Part shown: positions 25,156 to 38,863 of the stretch, one piece after another
Layout of the letters: every line of letters begins with the position of its first letter
How positions within the stretch are numbered: the stretch's first letter is position 1
Assembly (NCBI GenBank): GCA_951406725.2
Contig: OX597818.1
Location: forward strand, 63,550,001 to 63,614,000
Direction: 5' to 3'
Origin: Octopus vulgaris
Lineage: Eukaryota
DNA length: 64,000 bases
The notes under the pieces: generated by a model
The model's input: the letters and a program-made list of their open reading frames with translations, nothing else
Told to the model about the DNA's origin: nothing
The model's database searches: none
Position numbers and translations under genes: made by a program

Positions 25156-25971
25156 AATCTCAGTTGTCTTTGCAGAATTTATTCTCGAGTGACAATTTGA
25201 AGTAGACACTGGACAGAAATTTTCTGTGACTGCTTGAATCTCTTTTCTCTTTACCATATTGCAATATCTTGAACTGAAGAATCTACCGTGTATTCTTCGT
25301 TGTGTTTTCAAGATCAGAAGATTCCGATCCAACCTGTAATATTAAGTTCCACATATCAGTACTCTATATTCTATACTCCTGCCTGAAATTTTATTTTCAA
25401 TCACCATCCAGAATATATCACTTGCTATAATATCTCGGGGCATTCGTTTATTTCGCACTCAGTAAATTTCAACTTTTTCACCAAGATATTAAAATTCTGC
25501 GACACAAAATTTCTGAAAATGCTTTTGTATCTCTACAAGATGACGTAGATGGATGTAGGCGAAGAATATGAGAAAATAACATCGGGAACAGGTAATAAAA
25601 AACAAAAAAAAACAAGCCAGGACTATATAACAAGTGACAAATAAATTGTGATAATTACGTTGAAAGGTAAGTGACTGCCCGGATCACTGTCCGTAGTAAC
25701 GCTTGTTTTCTACCCTCTTTCTACCTGAAAAGTAAGTGACATTTATCATCTCTTGAATCTTGTTTCTCTTATTTGACACTGAACGGAAGCTGAAACACTT
25801 TCCACATATTATTTCCTTTTAGCTGTGTTGCAGCTTTTGATGCATAGGAAAATATTACAAAGCAAGACAGAGATTGCAGAAGTCGCAAATCTCCTTTCAA
25901 ACACCATAAAAGATGCATATTTCTATCAACCGCTTTTCCTTTACACATATCTGAAGGATCCCCAAATGCAA

Positions 25972-26097
25972 AGAAATGAGAACCAAGGTACGAAATGTCC
26001 TCAAGTCACCTGATGAAGGCTGCAACGTATATGAGCGGAAACGTTGTGTTGACAACAAACAAAATGAGGACAAATATTCGTCAAATGGAAATAATGA
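25972..26097 (+). mobile_element. Family E tail with intact hammerhead core boxes
   Basis: cac-CTGATGA-aggctg...gagcg-GAAA-CG-TT-gtg. Confidence 0.7.
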
Positions 26098-28079
26098 AAA
26101 TAATGGAAATAAAAGTATTTCTATCAATTTTGAATTACCTTCCCCTTTTCCCACTTTAATATATAGTTTTGTGAGATAAGGGAGGGTGTAACGCGCATCT
26201 ATTCTGCTTTTATGATGGCCCTCTTGCAGCAGCTGCAATCAAAATATCATGTCAAATTTCTTGTCCAAAGTTAAAACTTACTGCCGTACAGTAACACGTA
26301 CAGTGCGCAAATTCTACGTGCTCTAACGTCCACTCTAACAAACCTTTTGTCTTTGGGACTATGTTTTAGTCTTCCAAATTCCACCATCAGACACCAATAA
26401 ACTACCTATCAACACATCCATCACTTTCTCAGGCGATATCACGCTTGACACACCTCATTGTTATGTACACGTGACACTTCACAAACAAACTCCAGGATCC
26501 GTGAAAAGAGACCTTGAATGCACTTAGGTTAATACCATCCCAATACCACTCAGATTGAAAATGATAATAGAGGCACGGAAAGGATTATATCAAAAGGCAT
26601 CATGACCTATCTCCGTGAATCAGGTTTTCCATGCAACGAGAATGTTGCGAAGCTACAAGTATCAGGGAATACAACCATATACAATATCTCAATCGAAGAG
26701 ACATTCTTACCTACAGCTTCTTTAAAACGAAAGCCGATGTTCGAACAGTGCATAATCTTCAAACTCAGTTCAAAAGTATTTGCTTATTTCGAAGATGAGG
26801 TGAGGCACGGATTAGATTCGAATCCCAAACTGACGACGGTGCCCCTCTGCCCCTATATCTAGTCCAGATATAAAATCACCAGAGTGACTGGGATCAATTC
26901 TCTCAATGAATTTCTGACTCTTTGTCCCACACTCTCATGACACACGTCCATAACTGTTTCAGTAAGTTATGATCTTCAATTCTCTCTGGCTATGTACTGC
27001 CTCAACTCAAAATCGTTCCAGGCGAGTGATTTTTCACATTATTAATGTTGCCCCAGTATGTCATTTCCGACAACTTGTCTTTGAAATTGCCGTTGACATA
27101 GTCATTGACTTGGAATAATTTAATGGGAAGGTTCACGTTAACGTCATCAATCTGAGCGTTCTGAAACGTAATGTTTTGAGAAATGATATTTACTGCCTCT
27201 TCTCATAGACGAAAGAAGAAATACACAGTATCTATAAACACTTCAAGTGTGTGAATAGAATACCGCACTATTTAATTCTCTGTTTTGAAAATTTCGAAAA
27301 CAGCATCTAAAAGTTATTTTTGCGACGAAAACTAAAGTGACTAAACAAATAACAGACCATCTCTCACAATTATAAAATCCATATTGCAGGTCAGTGTGAG
27401 AATCTCGTGCAAACTCTCAGAATATTAGTAGCAGTAATTTGATGAGGCCTGAGATATGCCTTTACAGATTTTCACCTTCTCCACTCATTTTAACGTAACA
27501 AAATTTTCGGCTGAAATATGAGGCATAAAATACCTAAAATAAACTAATAAATGCAATAGTGAACAGTTGTGAATACAACGAAGCTCATGACGCTACGTCA
27601 GTTTATAAGATAAGAATTAATGAAACGTCTTAAATAACAGTTCTGTATATATAATCTTATATGTATGTGTGTTTGTGCGTGTGAATGTGTATGTACATGT
27701 GCCGGTGTGTATGTGTCTAGACAATGATAAATGATAATACAGACTAAACATAGGAAGCGATATCATTATATAAGTGAATAATATATTGGAAGCTAGAAGC
27801 AGAATACACTGGAGAAGATTATTTGCATCAGGGAATAAGAGATGAAGTTTTGAAGGGAAAAAAGAGAAAAATCAAAATATAACCGTTCGCTAAACGTATT
27901 TGACTGCAAATTGAAAAGAAAACTCTGCCAAGACGATACACAACGCGATATATCCATTGTCAACCAGAATAGATATGAAAAGTACATATAATTTGCAAAA
28001 GATATTAACTATAAGGCAACATTGGTGAATGAAAAATAATGAATTCAAATTTTGAAAGGATGCCATCAATTACATGGAA

Positions 28080-28248
28080 TGGGCTAAGTCGATTACAATG
28101 ACACCAGCACTCAACTGGGACTCGTTTATCCACCCTGAAAGGATGAAAGGCTAAGTCGACCTCAGCGTAATTTGAACGCAGGACACGACAAAGGAAATGC
28201 TGCTAAGCATTTTTCCCGGCGTGATGATTTCGCCATCACACCGCCTTT
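28080..28248 (-). mobile_element. Diverged SINE family A
   Basis: gaaaggatgaaaggctaagtcgacctcagcg...gctaagcattt. Confidence 0.7.
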
Positions 28249-29418
28249 GGCGAATAAATAAATGATATTATTCAATATAATAGAACTGAAGAAGATCTCA
28301 TCCAAATTTAATTGGAAAATATGAACCAAAGCTTATAAAGTTGGCATGGCACGGATATATACACATGTCATCGAATCACAAAACAAATTCTGAAATTATT
28401 GAGTAACAATGCTATATATACAAATATAGCTAAACTGGAATTATGTAAGAAGATCCCACATTACCATTCCTACAGAATTCAATTGCTTCAGTCTTTTACT
28501 TTCTGGCCTTAACAATTTAACCGCTTGGATAAACGCGTTCATATGTGTTATAAATACATAACTGAGCCATCGTTTGCATTTGGATGAATTCGGGTAAAAC
28601 TTTGCAAATAATAAAATAACAAGAAGACTTAAGAGAATGCTGCAGATTGAGACTTCAGAACTTCAACTAATATTTAAATAGATTTAGAAAAATGCATCAG
28701 TGTAACGATAGCGGAGAATATATAAACAATATCAATATATTGTTTAAGAAATAGAGATAAGCGAATCGTATGGAAAGCAGTCGCAGAAATAATTAAGAAT
28801 TGAGTTGAACGCACTCACAAGAGGAAGATAAAAATCTAGAGAATAATACAGACAGTGGAGAGATTAATTTTAAAATGCAAGCAAAGGTAATTGACATTGA
28901 TTATCTAACTGTTCAAGAAATAAGTCGTAGGTATACGATTTGCAACTGGAAGCTAAGTGAATTAGCAAAAGCAGACGTAAGACAGAAAAATTGAAAGTAA
29001 TCACAATATTTAGCGAAGATCAGTGGAACAGAAAACTGATTACGTATATAAGAAGATATAGTGTACAATGTGCAACGAGATATTTATTAGCAAACGAATA
29101 TCGTAGGACAATGGAAATATCTAATACATAATGACGAGAAAATTGTAGATCATTCTACTTCACTCAAACCAGTTACAAAAAAATTTTCGATTCAAAAGAA
29201 AGCAAACAGACAGCTTAAAATATTGGGGTTGACATTTATTATATTGATACGAAACCAGAGGTTGTGCATGGAGGAATGAGATCCTTCAATGATAATCATC
29301 ACTTTATTGAAATAAATAGAATAGATGTTCCAGGACGCATTGCAGAAACTTAAGCATGATACTCCGTCTTTTTGAATATATATTGTAAACATAAATTTAC
29401 ATCATCTGTTTCGAAAAA

Positions 29419-29639
29419 CAGTAATCCCTTGACTATCGCAGGTGTTAATTCCAAACCAGCCGTGATAGGTGAAAATACGCGAAGTAGAAATAAGTAATAT
29501 ACTATATGTTCTTTTAATTATTTTTATAATTTCTATATATTTATTTTATTATAAATGCAAAACAACACTGCGGAGGAATCAACGTAAACTTAAATAATAA
29601 ACTGCGATAGGTGAACCGGGATATGGCGAGGGATTACTA
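29419..29639. mobile_element. Tigger/pogo-like MITE
   Basis: Imperfect TIRs cagtaatcccttg...cgagggattacta, TA on the right flank, internal repeated gataggtgaa. Confidence 0.55.
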
Positions 29640-29880
29640 TAATACATCCTCGACAAATCCGGCAAACCAAATAAAACGCCCAAATGTTGTTCATAATTAT
29701 CGCAAAGCAAAATGCTACGACACGCGTTATATATTTCTTAATAAATTTTGCCGCAAGTTAGGGCGGGAAGCTACCAGTACCATTACCACTCTGAGCGATG
29801 TGCTTAGCAGCATCTCATCTGTCGTTACATTCTGAGGTCGAGTTCACATTTCATCCATTTTGGGACACATTAAAAGTAAA

Positions 29881-30198
29881 TAAGCGGAAAGTGTAACCTC
29901 TCGAAAGAGCTGTTCTTCACTCCTGCTCCAGAGCGTCGGCTGCGGGGTCATTCCGAAAAGCTCTACCTGCGACGATTTCATCTCAATCGGAGAGGAGCTT
30001 TCTCCGTCCGGGTTGCGGATCCGTGGAACAAGCTGCCAGACGAGATGGTGAAGATGCCGACGACCGCTTTGTTCAAAGCCTCCCTTGACCTCAAGTGGCC
30101 TGAACTCTTTACATGAACACCACCCTGTACTTAACTCCATGTCCCCCTACATGGCCTTGCTATTTGCTTTTGAGCCAAATTAACTAACTAACTAACTA
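29881..30198 (+). mobile_element. CR1-clade LINE 3' end with (TAAC)n tail
   Basis: Reads LRGHSEKLYLRRFHLNR / FSVRVADPWNKLPDEMV...FKASLD (one frameshift); inserted in a diverged family A-like SINE. Confidence 0.85.
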
Positions 30199-30664
30199 AA
30201 TAACTGTAGAGAACTGCGGTCGATGATGTCAACTTAGCTACTTCACCGAAATTGTTGGCCGCGAAGCTAAGTTTGAAACCAATAACTCTGTCGTACCGAA
30301 ATTGCCATCTCCTAGGTACTATATCAAAATATTTATATAATTTTATAAATATGAATAAGCTGGATCTATTAATATGAATAACTACATATGTATAATCAAA
30401 TATTGATCGTATGAATGTCTCCATTCTTTGGTTTCCTCCGTGTTGCATGTATACATGTATACATATTTTGTATTTTATACCCAAATTGTTAGTTAACTAT
30501 ATTTAAATAGTTTATCTTCCTCCATCTTTGGTCATCTTTGGTCATCTTCATTCCGCGTTTCCCTGCAGAATTGATGCCCTGTAAAACATCCAAGTCTTAG
30601 TTTAAATCATTTGAACGGTACCAAGTGTCATCCATACTGATGTTCTCTGGATCTTATCTGTTGA

Positions 30665-30738
<74 letters not shown>

Positions 30739-31587
30739 ATATGTATATATATATATATATATATAGATATATATGTGTGTGTATGTATATATATATATAA
30801 ATCTATCTGTCTATCTATATTTATATATAGATGTATATATGTGTATGCATGTATGCATATTTATATATCTTTATATGAATGCGTGTATCTAAGTATATAT
30901 GTGCATGTTTATGGTTATATGCAAGTGTTCTTTTGTGCGTCTTATAACATAATTGAAAGAGTACAGGGGAAGCAGAATTCGAAGTGGAGTATGCAGTATT
31001 TCGGACAGACTCATCGTTCGCATTTAAAATGACAGTGTTGGGATTGGAAATGCAGCGGAGTATTCCCTTAGCATTGCTTGTTAGCGTTGGGAAAATTGAA
31101 ACAATTTTAATGTGTATATTTAAACTGTTAGTAGTAACAGAGTGAAAATAGATGGGAATAGAAGAAAAAGGATTTCCATGAGTCAAAGACGTTTGTCAGT
31201 TTCTGGCGGGATGGAAAATGAAGGTGTGAGGGGAGATGTAATACAAATGGTTGATTACAGAAATATGAAAAAGAGAAGGAAGTGCATAAAATGATTTATT
31301 TCAACCTGTTGATTTCGTAATTCCACATCAGAATGTGTGCGTCTGTATTTAACTATCTGTGTGTATTTGCTTCCCTTCTTCTCTCAATTTATATGTATAC
31401 ATACACACACACACACACTTACACACCCATCTGTGTATATATTTACACATATATTGTACACATATACACTTATAGCTAACCCCCACGCACATAGGCATAT
31501 TTATATATTTATTTATATATATATATTTATATATATATATATATATATGATGTTATATTTGTATGCATATATAAATGCATATGTATA

Positions 31588-31650
<63 letters not shown>

Positions 31651-31681
31651 GTATATATATATATATGTATATGTATGTATT

Positions 31682-31737
<56 letters not shown>

Positions 31738-32719
31738 GATGTATAAATGTATATATGGGTGTATGTGCAAGTGTGTGTGTAGTTACATACAGTTTTTTTT
31801 TCTCTGCAAAAAATAAATAATGAAATATTAACAAACTCATTACGTACGCTGAAACACAATTGTGTTAAATATGTTGCGCTAATGAATTCAGGTCTGTCAT
31901 TAGATTAAATTATGGAACACGATTTTAATTTTTCATGTATGCTAACTTCTAATTAATACTTAATCAACTTAACTAGCTTAGTGGATTATAATTTAGGAAA
32001 ACCATGTTAGATTTCTATAAACATACGATAAATTAATTAATGAAAAGCAATGGAAGAAATAATTTTAATTATGGAATCTAATAATTTCCAGTAATACATA
32101 AAATACCCAAAAGGTGAGAAGAGTTTGCGTGATGCTATGAGGAAGATATACGATGGAAGAGCTTTCGCTTATTTGTCATTTGATGACAATATTTATATTT
32201 TACGAGGCCTGAAAATATTAATTTAGATTTAGGCTTACAAAATTGAACTCACGCATGAAACATTTTTTATTGGCCAGATATATGAAAATAGCCAATATAT
32301 GTATTGGTTGTTTGATTCTCCAGTTACCTTTTACACCGTATAAAGAAAAAAAAGTGAGATACGCAATGTGTTAACAGAAAAGATATGGCATGAGCGACAA
32401 TCAGACAGGCGGTGAGTAATGGGACGATATCCGCTCGCTCGTTGTAGGAGAGACAGAATCACAGAGACTAAAACGTATTTGAGGAAGAAAAATAATTATA
32501 GAAGGATTACAAATTTTGGAATTGTTAGGTTTTTGAGGACGGGAACTGCTGCGGTTTGTTGGGTTGCTCTTATTTTTACTTTAATGAAACCGTTTTAAGT
32601 AGGATGTGTGCGGTGCCTAGTAGTGCTATTTTCTCTATGTTATATATATATATGTGTGTTAGTCCTGGTGTTTTGTTATGTTTTTGTCTGAATACTTTTT
32701 TATCATACATAATACAACC

Positions 32720-33150
32720 ACTATGATATTTTTAGACTTCCCATTGGAATAACATCTATGTCCAAATCTTTGTAAATTGAAAGATTCTCCATTTCTTCTA
32801 GAGGAACGTTATCATTTGCTGCTACTGATACATGGATTAGAAAGCATGTTTTTATTGATGATTTCTGACATCTATTTCTGGCCTATTGGCATTAATTTCT
32901 CTATCTGCATGTATTGACATATTGTTGCCTTCTCATTTTCTGTGATCCTTTCTGCCGTGTGACTATACTATCTTTTTTCTAGTGTTATTCCATAGTGTTG
33001 GCATAGCTTCCAGTGTATATATGTCCCAAGCCAGTCGTGTATGTGTGAATATATTCCTTCTTAGCAAGGGCTGGGCAGCCACAGACACTATCATTTATTG
33101 CTTCTTGTCCATCTCACATATTCTGCAGTTACTTGTTACGTTTCTTCTCA
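32720..33150 (-). mobile_element. Decayed R4/Dong-like C-terminal (zinc knuckle/RLE) fragment
   Basis: Pieces YIHWKLCQHYG, ENEKATI and HADREINANRPEI (NRPD-type motif); abuts (TAA)n at 33150-33270. Confidence 0.65.
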
Positions 33151-33222
33151 TAATGTTGTTGCTGTTATTATTATTATTATTATTATTATTATCGTTGTTA
33201 TTGTTGTTATTATTGTTATTTA

Positions 33223-33268
<46 letters not shown>

Positions 33269-33505
33269 TGTTGAAAACTTTCAGCTTATTTTGCTGATGT
33301 GACGGCAAGTGTCACTTGTCCAATGCCAGCAGACTAAGGTGACGTAGAATGTTAAAATATGGAAAACGAAGTAAGCATGAATACGTAAAACTGTAAAAGA
33401 CTTCTCACGCTTAGACCTTAAATTGTGAGGCTGGCAAAGTCTTGTCAGCGATGGTATGGGGTACAAACACAGAAACATAATTACATAGTACATACATACA
33501 CACAC

Positions 33506-33540
<35 letters not shown>

Positions 33541-33542
<2 letters not shown>

Positions 33543-33896
33543 CGCATGGCTCAGTGAAGGCGCATGGCTCAGTGGTTAGAGCATCGAGCTTACGATCGTG
33601 AGGTTGTGAGCTCGAATCCCGGACCGGGCTGGGTGTTGTGTTCTTGAGCAAGGCACTTTATTTCACGTTGCTCCAGTTCACTCAGCTGTAGAAATGAGTT
33701 GCGACGTCACTGGTGCCCAGCTGTATCGACCTTTGTCTTTCCCTTGGATAACATCAGTGGCATGGAGAGGAGAGGCTGGTATGCATGGGCGACTGCTGGT
33801 CTTCCATAAACAACCTTGCCCAGACTTGTGTCTAGGAGGGTAACTTTCTAGGTGCAATCCCATGGTCATTCATGACCGAAGGGGGTCTTTACCCTT

Positions 33897-33897
<1 letters not shown>
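33541..33897 (+). mobile_element. SINE family B, long-tail variant
   Basis: Near-identical in reverse to 60838-61184; first 16 nt duplicated. Confidence 0.9.
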
Positions 33898-33946
<49 letters not shown>

Positions 33947-33948
<2 letters not shown>

Positions 33949-34228
33949 AATTAAGGACTGAACACGAAAAGTGGACAGTCAACATGCTAGATATAGACGT
34001 CAAATCGCCATTCACCACAAAAGATTATGTTCTCAGATCAAACTCAACACAAAACCATAGCAATAAACAAGTGAAAAATATACGAATATACGTATATTTT
34101 TCACTTGTTTATTGCTATGGTTTTGTGTTGAGTTTGATCTGAGAACATAATCTTTTGTGGTGAATGGCGATTTGACGTCTATATCTAGCATGTTGACTGT
34201 CCACTTTTCGTGTTCAGTCCTTAATTGG
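33947..34228. repeat. Perfect 138-bp inverted repeat with 6-nt loop
   Basis: 33947-34084 is the reverse complement of 34091-34228; no mismatch seen by eye. Confidence 0.95.
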
Positions 34229-34734
34229 TATATATAAATATTTTAATCTTCGGATTCTTTTTTAATATGCTAGACCACTGGTCTTAATTGATAAATATCA
34301 ATTTCTACCCTTAATTAATTTTATATATATATATATATTATACATATATTATTAATCCTACACATGAGCATAGATGTACCTGCACACATGCACATGCATG
34401 GACACACAGACACACTCTCATAGACATACGTATGTAAAGGTATCAATGTTTTTACACCTGATGTATTTTCTCATGATAGAATTATCTTAAAATTCTGCTT
34501 TCATATACAACAATACTATGAAATTATTAAATACTCTTTGTGCATGCAACATTTGTAAACATGAGGCAACATATTTGTTTCTCAATTAGATTTTCAGAAA
34601 AAGTGGATTAAATATTAATGTATTTTCACAGAAGAGATTAACTGAACGAGTTAATAATGGGATAAATAATTCATTATAGAAATGAAATAGAAATCAAAAT
34701 GTATAAATCATCAACATATTTTAATCTGAAACAG

Positions 34735-34942
34735 GTTGTAAATATTATTGTGATGAATTAAGGACTGATTAGAGCGTGTTTAGAAATACCTTGCTTGGTA
34801 TGATTAGAGAGGAAATACCGAGGGGGCCGGATTCTTTCATGCTTGGATCGAATGGACGTATATCACAAAATCCTGCTCTCAATGTAAACAGTTGTCCCTT
34901 ACCATGGAATGAAGCAAAACATACCAAGTATTATTGGATAAT
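34735..34942 (+). pseudogene. Candidate coding exon with one in-frame TAG
   Basis: Acceptor ttttaatctgaaacag, donor AT|gtaagt; reads CKYYCDELRTD*SVFRNTLLGMIREEIPRGPDSFMLGSNGRISQNPALNVNSCPLPWNEAKHTKYYWI. Confidence 0.3.
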
Positions 34943-35020
34943 GTAAGTATTTTTATATCTAACTAAAAGTCAGTTCAATAAATATATTCTAATATTGTAT
35001 ATATAAACAATTTCTTTATG

Positions 35021-35300
35021 TGGAGGCACATGGACTAATGGTTAGAGCAGCGGGGTCATGGTCGAGGGTCGCTGGTTCGAATCTCAGATCGGGCGATGTG
35101 TGTATTTATGAGTGAAACACCTAAGCTCCACGCGGCTCCGGCAGAAGGTAATGGTGAACTTCTGCTCAATCTTTCGCCACAACTTTCACTCACTCTTTCC
35201 TCCTGCGACGGACCGGCGTCCCGTCCGTGGGGAACCTATACACTAAGTAAACCGGGAAACCCTCCCTTATGAGCCAGGCATGGCTCGAGAAGGAACAAAC
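35021..35300 (+). mobile_element. SINE family D head with alternative tail
   Basis: Shares aaacacctaagctccacgcggctccggcag with family D; tail matches 43700-43770 and 3965-4040. Confidence 0.8.
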
Positions 35301-36322
35301 AAGAAATAACAAAGCAATATCTTTATAACGATAAAATACGTACTCTATTTTCTGATATAATTTATACGTATTTCTGCGTGGATTAATAAAAGTGATTGAA
35401 ATAATTGATTCTGCGGTGTGTAGTTTTTGCTATGTGCGGATACTTATTCTGTAACTGCTTACAATACTTCAACTTGAATGAAGTTCCTTCAACAACGTTC
35501 TTTCATATTCGAAACAGAACGAGACGACAGAATCACGGATGCATACCCTATCAGGCACACCAAATGTACAAACAGGCTTTAACATGCACCACGTTATATA
35601 ATATTGAGAAAAAGCATCTACGTATATAGTTAATGTACACACACAGATAGGCCGGTTAGTTCAGTATTTGTCCTGAGATAATTTCCCTGGTCTTCAAAAC
35701 GCAATAAATATCAGACGAAGACAACACTCAGTTAAGGGTTTACAAGAACGGTTGATGCATTTGAGCCCTTTGCACATTTTCAATGGAGCGAGCTCACAGC
35801 CTATTAAATACTTGGACGAGAAATCTTCACCTTTAATACAGAAAATAAAGTGGATAGAATAGTCACCGGTGTTTCGAATTGTGTGACACAGGAATAAAAT
35901 CCACTACGTGCATTTAAATATTGATCATCAAAATAATCTTAGATGCATGATATTTAATGGTGTGCAGATGTTACTGAAGAAACCTGAAAAAGCGAAAATA
36001 CATCTGGCGTTCTCGATGGCCGCTTTGGCGTTTACATCTACGTTTCTCTTCTATGCGAGTGGCTGAATTAGTGTATCGATTTTCTTAAACTATCTCCAGT
36101 ACCTAAGAGACTACTAAACATTCAAACTACAATGACCATATCAATCTTGCTTACGGCGTTTTTCTTTTTACCTACGTTGTATATTCCAGAGAAATCGAAA
36201 CTTTTTATAGAAAATTGAAACATTATATTCGAAATAAATTGTAATAATTTTCATATATGAGAGGACGGACCGAAGCGTAATAACATTAAGTTTAAGTGAT
36301 AATGAAATATAAAACGTTTCAA

Positions 36323-36556
36323 TGGCGACGAGCTGGCAGAAACGTTAGGACGCCGGGCGTAATGCGTAGCCGTATTTCGTCTGCCGTAACGTTCTGAGTT
36401 CAAGTTCCACCGAGGTCGACTTTGCCTTTCATCCTTTCGGGGTCGATTAATTAAGTACCAGTTACGCACTGGGGTCGATGTAATCGACTTAATCCGTTTG
36501 TCTGTCCTTGTTTGTCCCCTCTGTGTTAAGCCCCTTGAGGGTAGTAAAGAAATAGG
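36323..36556 (+). mobile_element. SINE family A, full length, 20-bp TSD
   Basis: taatgaaatataaaacgttt at 36300-36319 and 36557-36576. Confidence 0.92.
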
Positions 36557-36971
36557 TAATGAAATATAAAACGTTTGATGTGTTCTACACTAAACAGAGG
36601 TACAGACAGACATATTCAGTCTGATATCATGCTTACTGAAATAAATATTGTAATTATACATATGAAAATTGAATTTCCCAAATAATCTTAATGTAATTAT
36701 CTTTACAACAAGTGTCATGCAAATATCTTGTGAAACATTTTGCATAATATTTTAACATATTTCTTTAATATATATATTTTAGAAAGTAACCTTGAAATTT
36801 AGAAACCACTGCTTCCCCAATATCGTAGAAGAAATAACCTCTTTTCATTGGAAATAAATTGATATCCCTTGCGAATAAATGTGAACAAATCTTCAAAACC
36901 AATATGATACTCAGAATTTGTCTTCACAACATTATAGTATGAATAGTAAACAGTAAATAGTAAACATTTTC

Positions 36972-37051
<80 letters not shown>

Positions 37052-37198
37052 CATAACACCTACGGAAATTTTATAAATAAAACATTCAAAAGAAATGCTT
37101 TCATGAATTGAGTGAAGAATAACTGCTACCATCCACTTTGGGTCATTTTCGGGGCAGCGCAGCTGACCATTCAACATACTACTTTCATGACACTCCCA

Positions 37199-37293
37199 CC
37201 TTCTTCTTCTTCTTCTTCTTCTTCTTCTTCTTCTTCTTCTTCTTCTTCTTCTTCTTCTTCTTCTTCTTCTTCTTCTTCTTCTTCTTCTTTCTT

Positions 37294-37324
<31 letters not shown>

Positions 37325-37450
37325 TTATTATTATTATTTTTCTTCTTCTTCTTCTTCTTTTTCGTCTTCTTCTTCTTCTTCTTCTTCTTCTTCTTCTACG
37401 TCTTCTTCTACTTCTTCTTCGTCTTCTTCTTTCTTCTACTTCTTTTTTCT
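37199..37450. repeat. (TTC)n microsatellite
   Basis: Direct reading. Confidence 0.95.
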
Positions 37451-38068
37451 TCTTTTTCATCTTCTTACCTACCAAGTATTCAACCCACAACAGTAAACGA
37501 GAGAGACAGAGAAAGGCAGAAACAAGGAAAATGCCACTTGTATTTGAACACTATATAAATATTCTTTTTAAAAAAATTGTTCTTTTAATTTTTCAAAATG
37601 TAATTGTTTATTTGTTACAGTTGAAAATGTCTCAATGACTGAAACTGGTACTGAAATGTTTTTTATAAAATTATTTTAGCATTTTGTATCTTGACTTTTT
37701 TTCCATATATATTCATATATATATACCAATCAATAATGTGCTCGTTGAGGAAATTAACAAGACCCTACAAGAAGTTGAAACGATCTTTATAAACTGCTGA
37801 TAGCTGCGCCAGAAAATCACAAGAAATTACTATAAACCTAAACAATCTCCCCGGATTTTACCCGTCTCACCCGGTTTACCCCAATTTGAATTTTCAATCA
37901 ATCGACCTCCATGTTACATCTTTCTGCCTCCCGCTATATTTCCGTTCCCAGTTATAACTCAAAGAACACAGAAAATATAATATATAATATATGAAGATAA
38001 ATTTACAACTGAGAATCAAGTACAATTCTATATTTAAGAGATGAGGAAGTATTTATTCAATTTTCATT

Positions 38069-38462
38069 TTATTTTATTTAGTTTCAGCTCACAAGCTGTG
38101 GCCATGCTGGGGCACCGCCATTTGGTGTTGCTACATGATTTTACTTCACGAATACTTTTTAGCAAATGCCATCTGGTGCATGAGAGAATTCGATGCAGCT
38201 GCCCTTACCTGCAACTCCTGCCGTGAAGTCGGTTCATCTGGGACACCTGACGAGAAGAAATCCAGTTTCATTTTAAAGACATCTGCATCCACCCCATGCT
38301 TCGGTACTTCGGGAGGATATTGAAGAGCTGTGGGCCTCGGAAGCCCAGGCTATCACAGTATCTTGTCCTACATCTTGATGGCAAATTTGGAGTCCTTGGC
38401 ACTATGCAGTGGCGCCCAGTTCTGGCATTTGTGTAACTCTCGATGCCAAAGTTTGGGACAAG
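38069..38462 (-). mobile_element. CR1-group LINE 3' end inserted into a family E tail
   Basis: LVPNFGIESYTNARTGRHC...SLGFRGPQLFNILP / VFKMKLDFFSSGVPDEP...AAASNSL; family E tail is split around it (38021-38050 and 38465 onward). Confidence 0.8.
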
Positions 38463-38464
38463 TC

Positions 38465-38629
38465 TGTACATTTTTACATTATTTACATTCGACGGATATT
38501 TGTCCTCATCTTTGTTGTTAACACAACGTTCCAGCTTTCATCAGGTGTCTTGGAGAAATTTCGAATCTGGGTTCTAATTCCTAAGGTATCTTTCGACGTT
38601 ATTGTTGTTTTTGTTGTTGTTCTTGTTGG

Positions 38630-38663
<34 letters not shown>

Positions 38664-38863
38664 CTTCTTCTTCTTCTTCTTCTTCTTCTTCTTCTTCTTC
38701 TTCTTCTTCTTCTTCTCTTTATTATTTGCATTATTTACATTTGACGGATATTTGTCCTCATTTTATTTGCTGTTAACAGCAAACAAGATGAGGACAGATA
38801 TCTGTCAAATGTAAATAATGTAAATAATGTACATAAATCCTCATCTCTTAAATATAGAACTGT
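38465..38863. mobile_element. Family E tail fragments in inverted arrangement
   Basis: Minus copy 38465-38600, plus a palindrome about 38728-38822 centred on gttaac (38772-38777). Confidence 0.75.

Noticed and set aside
26300-26860. Possible decayed Penelope GIY-YIG C-terminus (RKPMFEQCIIFKL)
   Set aside because: Only one weak motif; no VIY/YIG core recoverable.
33678-33869. Near-identical 63-aa ORFs here and at 60869-61060
   Set aside because: Antisense frames of two copies of the same SINE.
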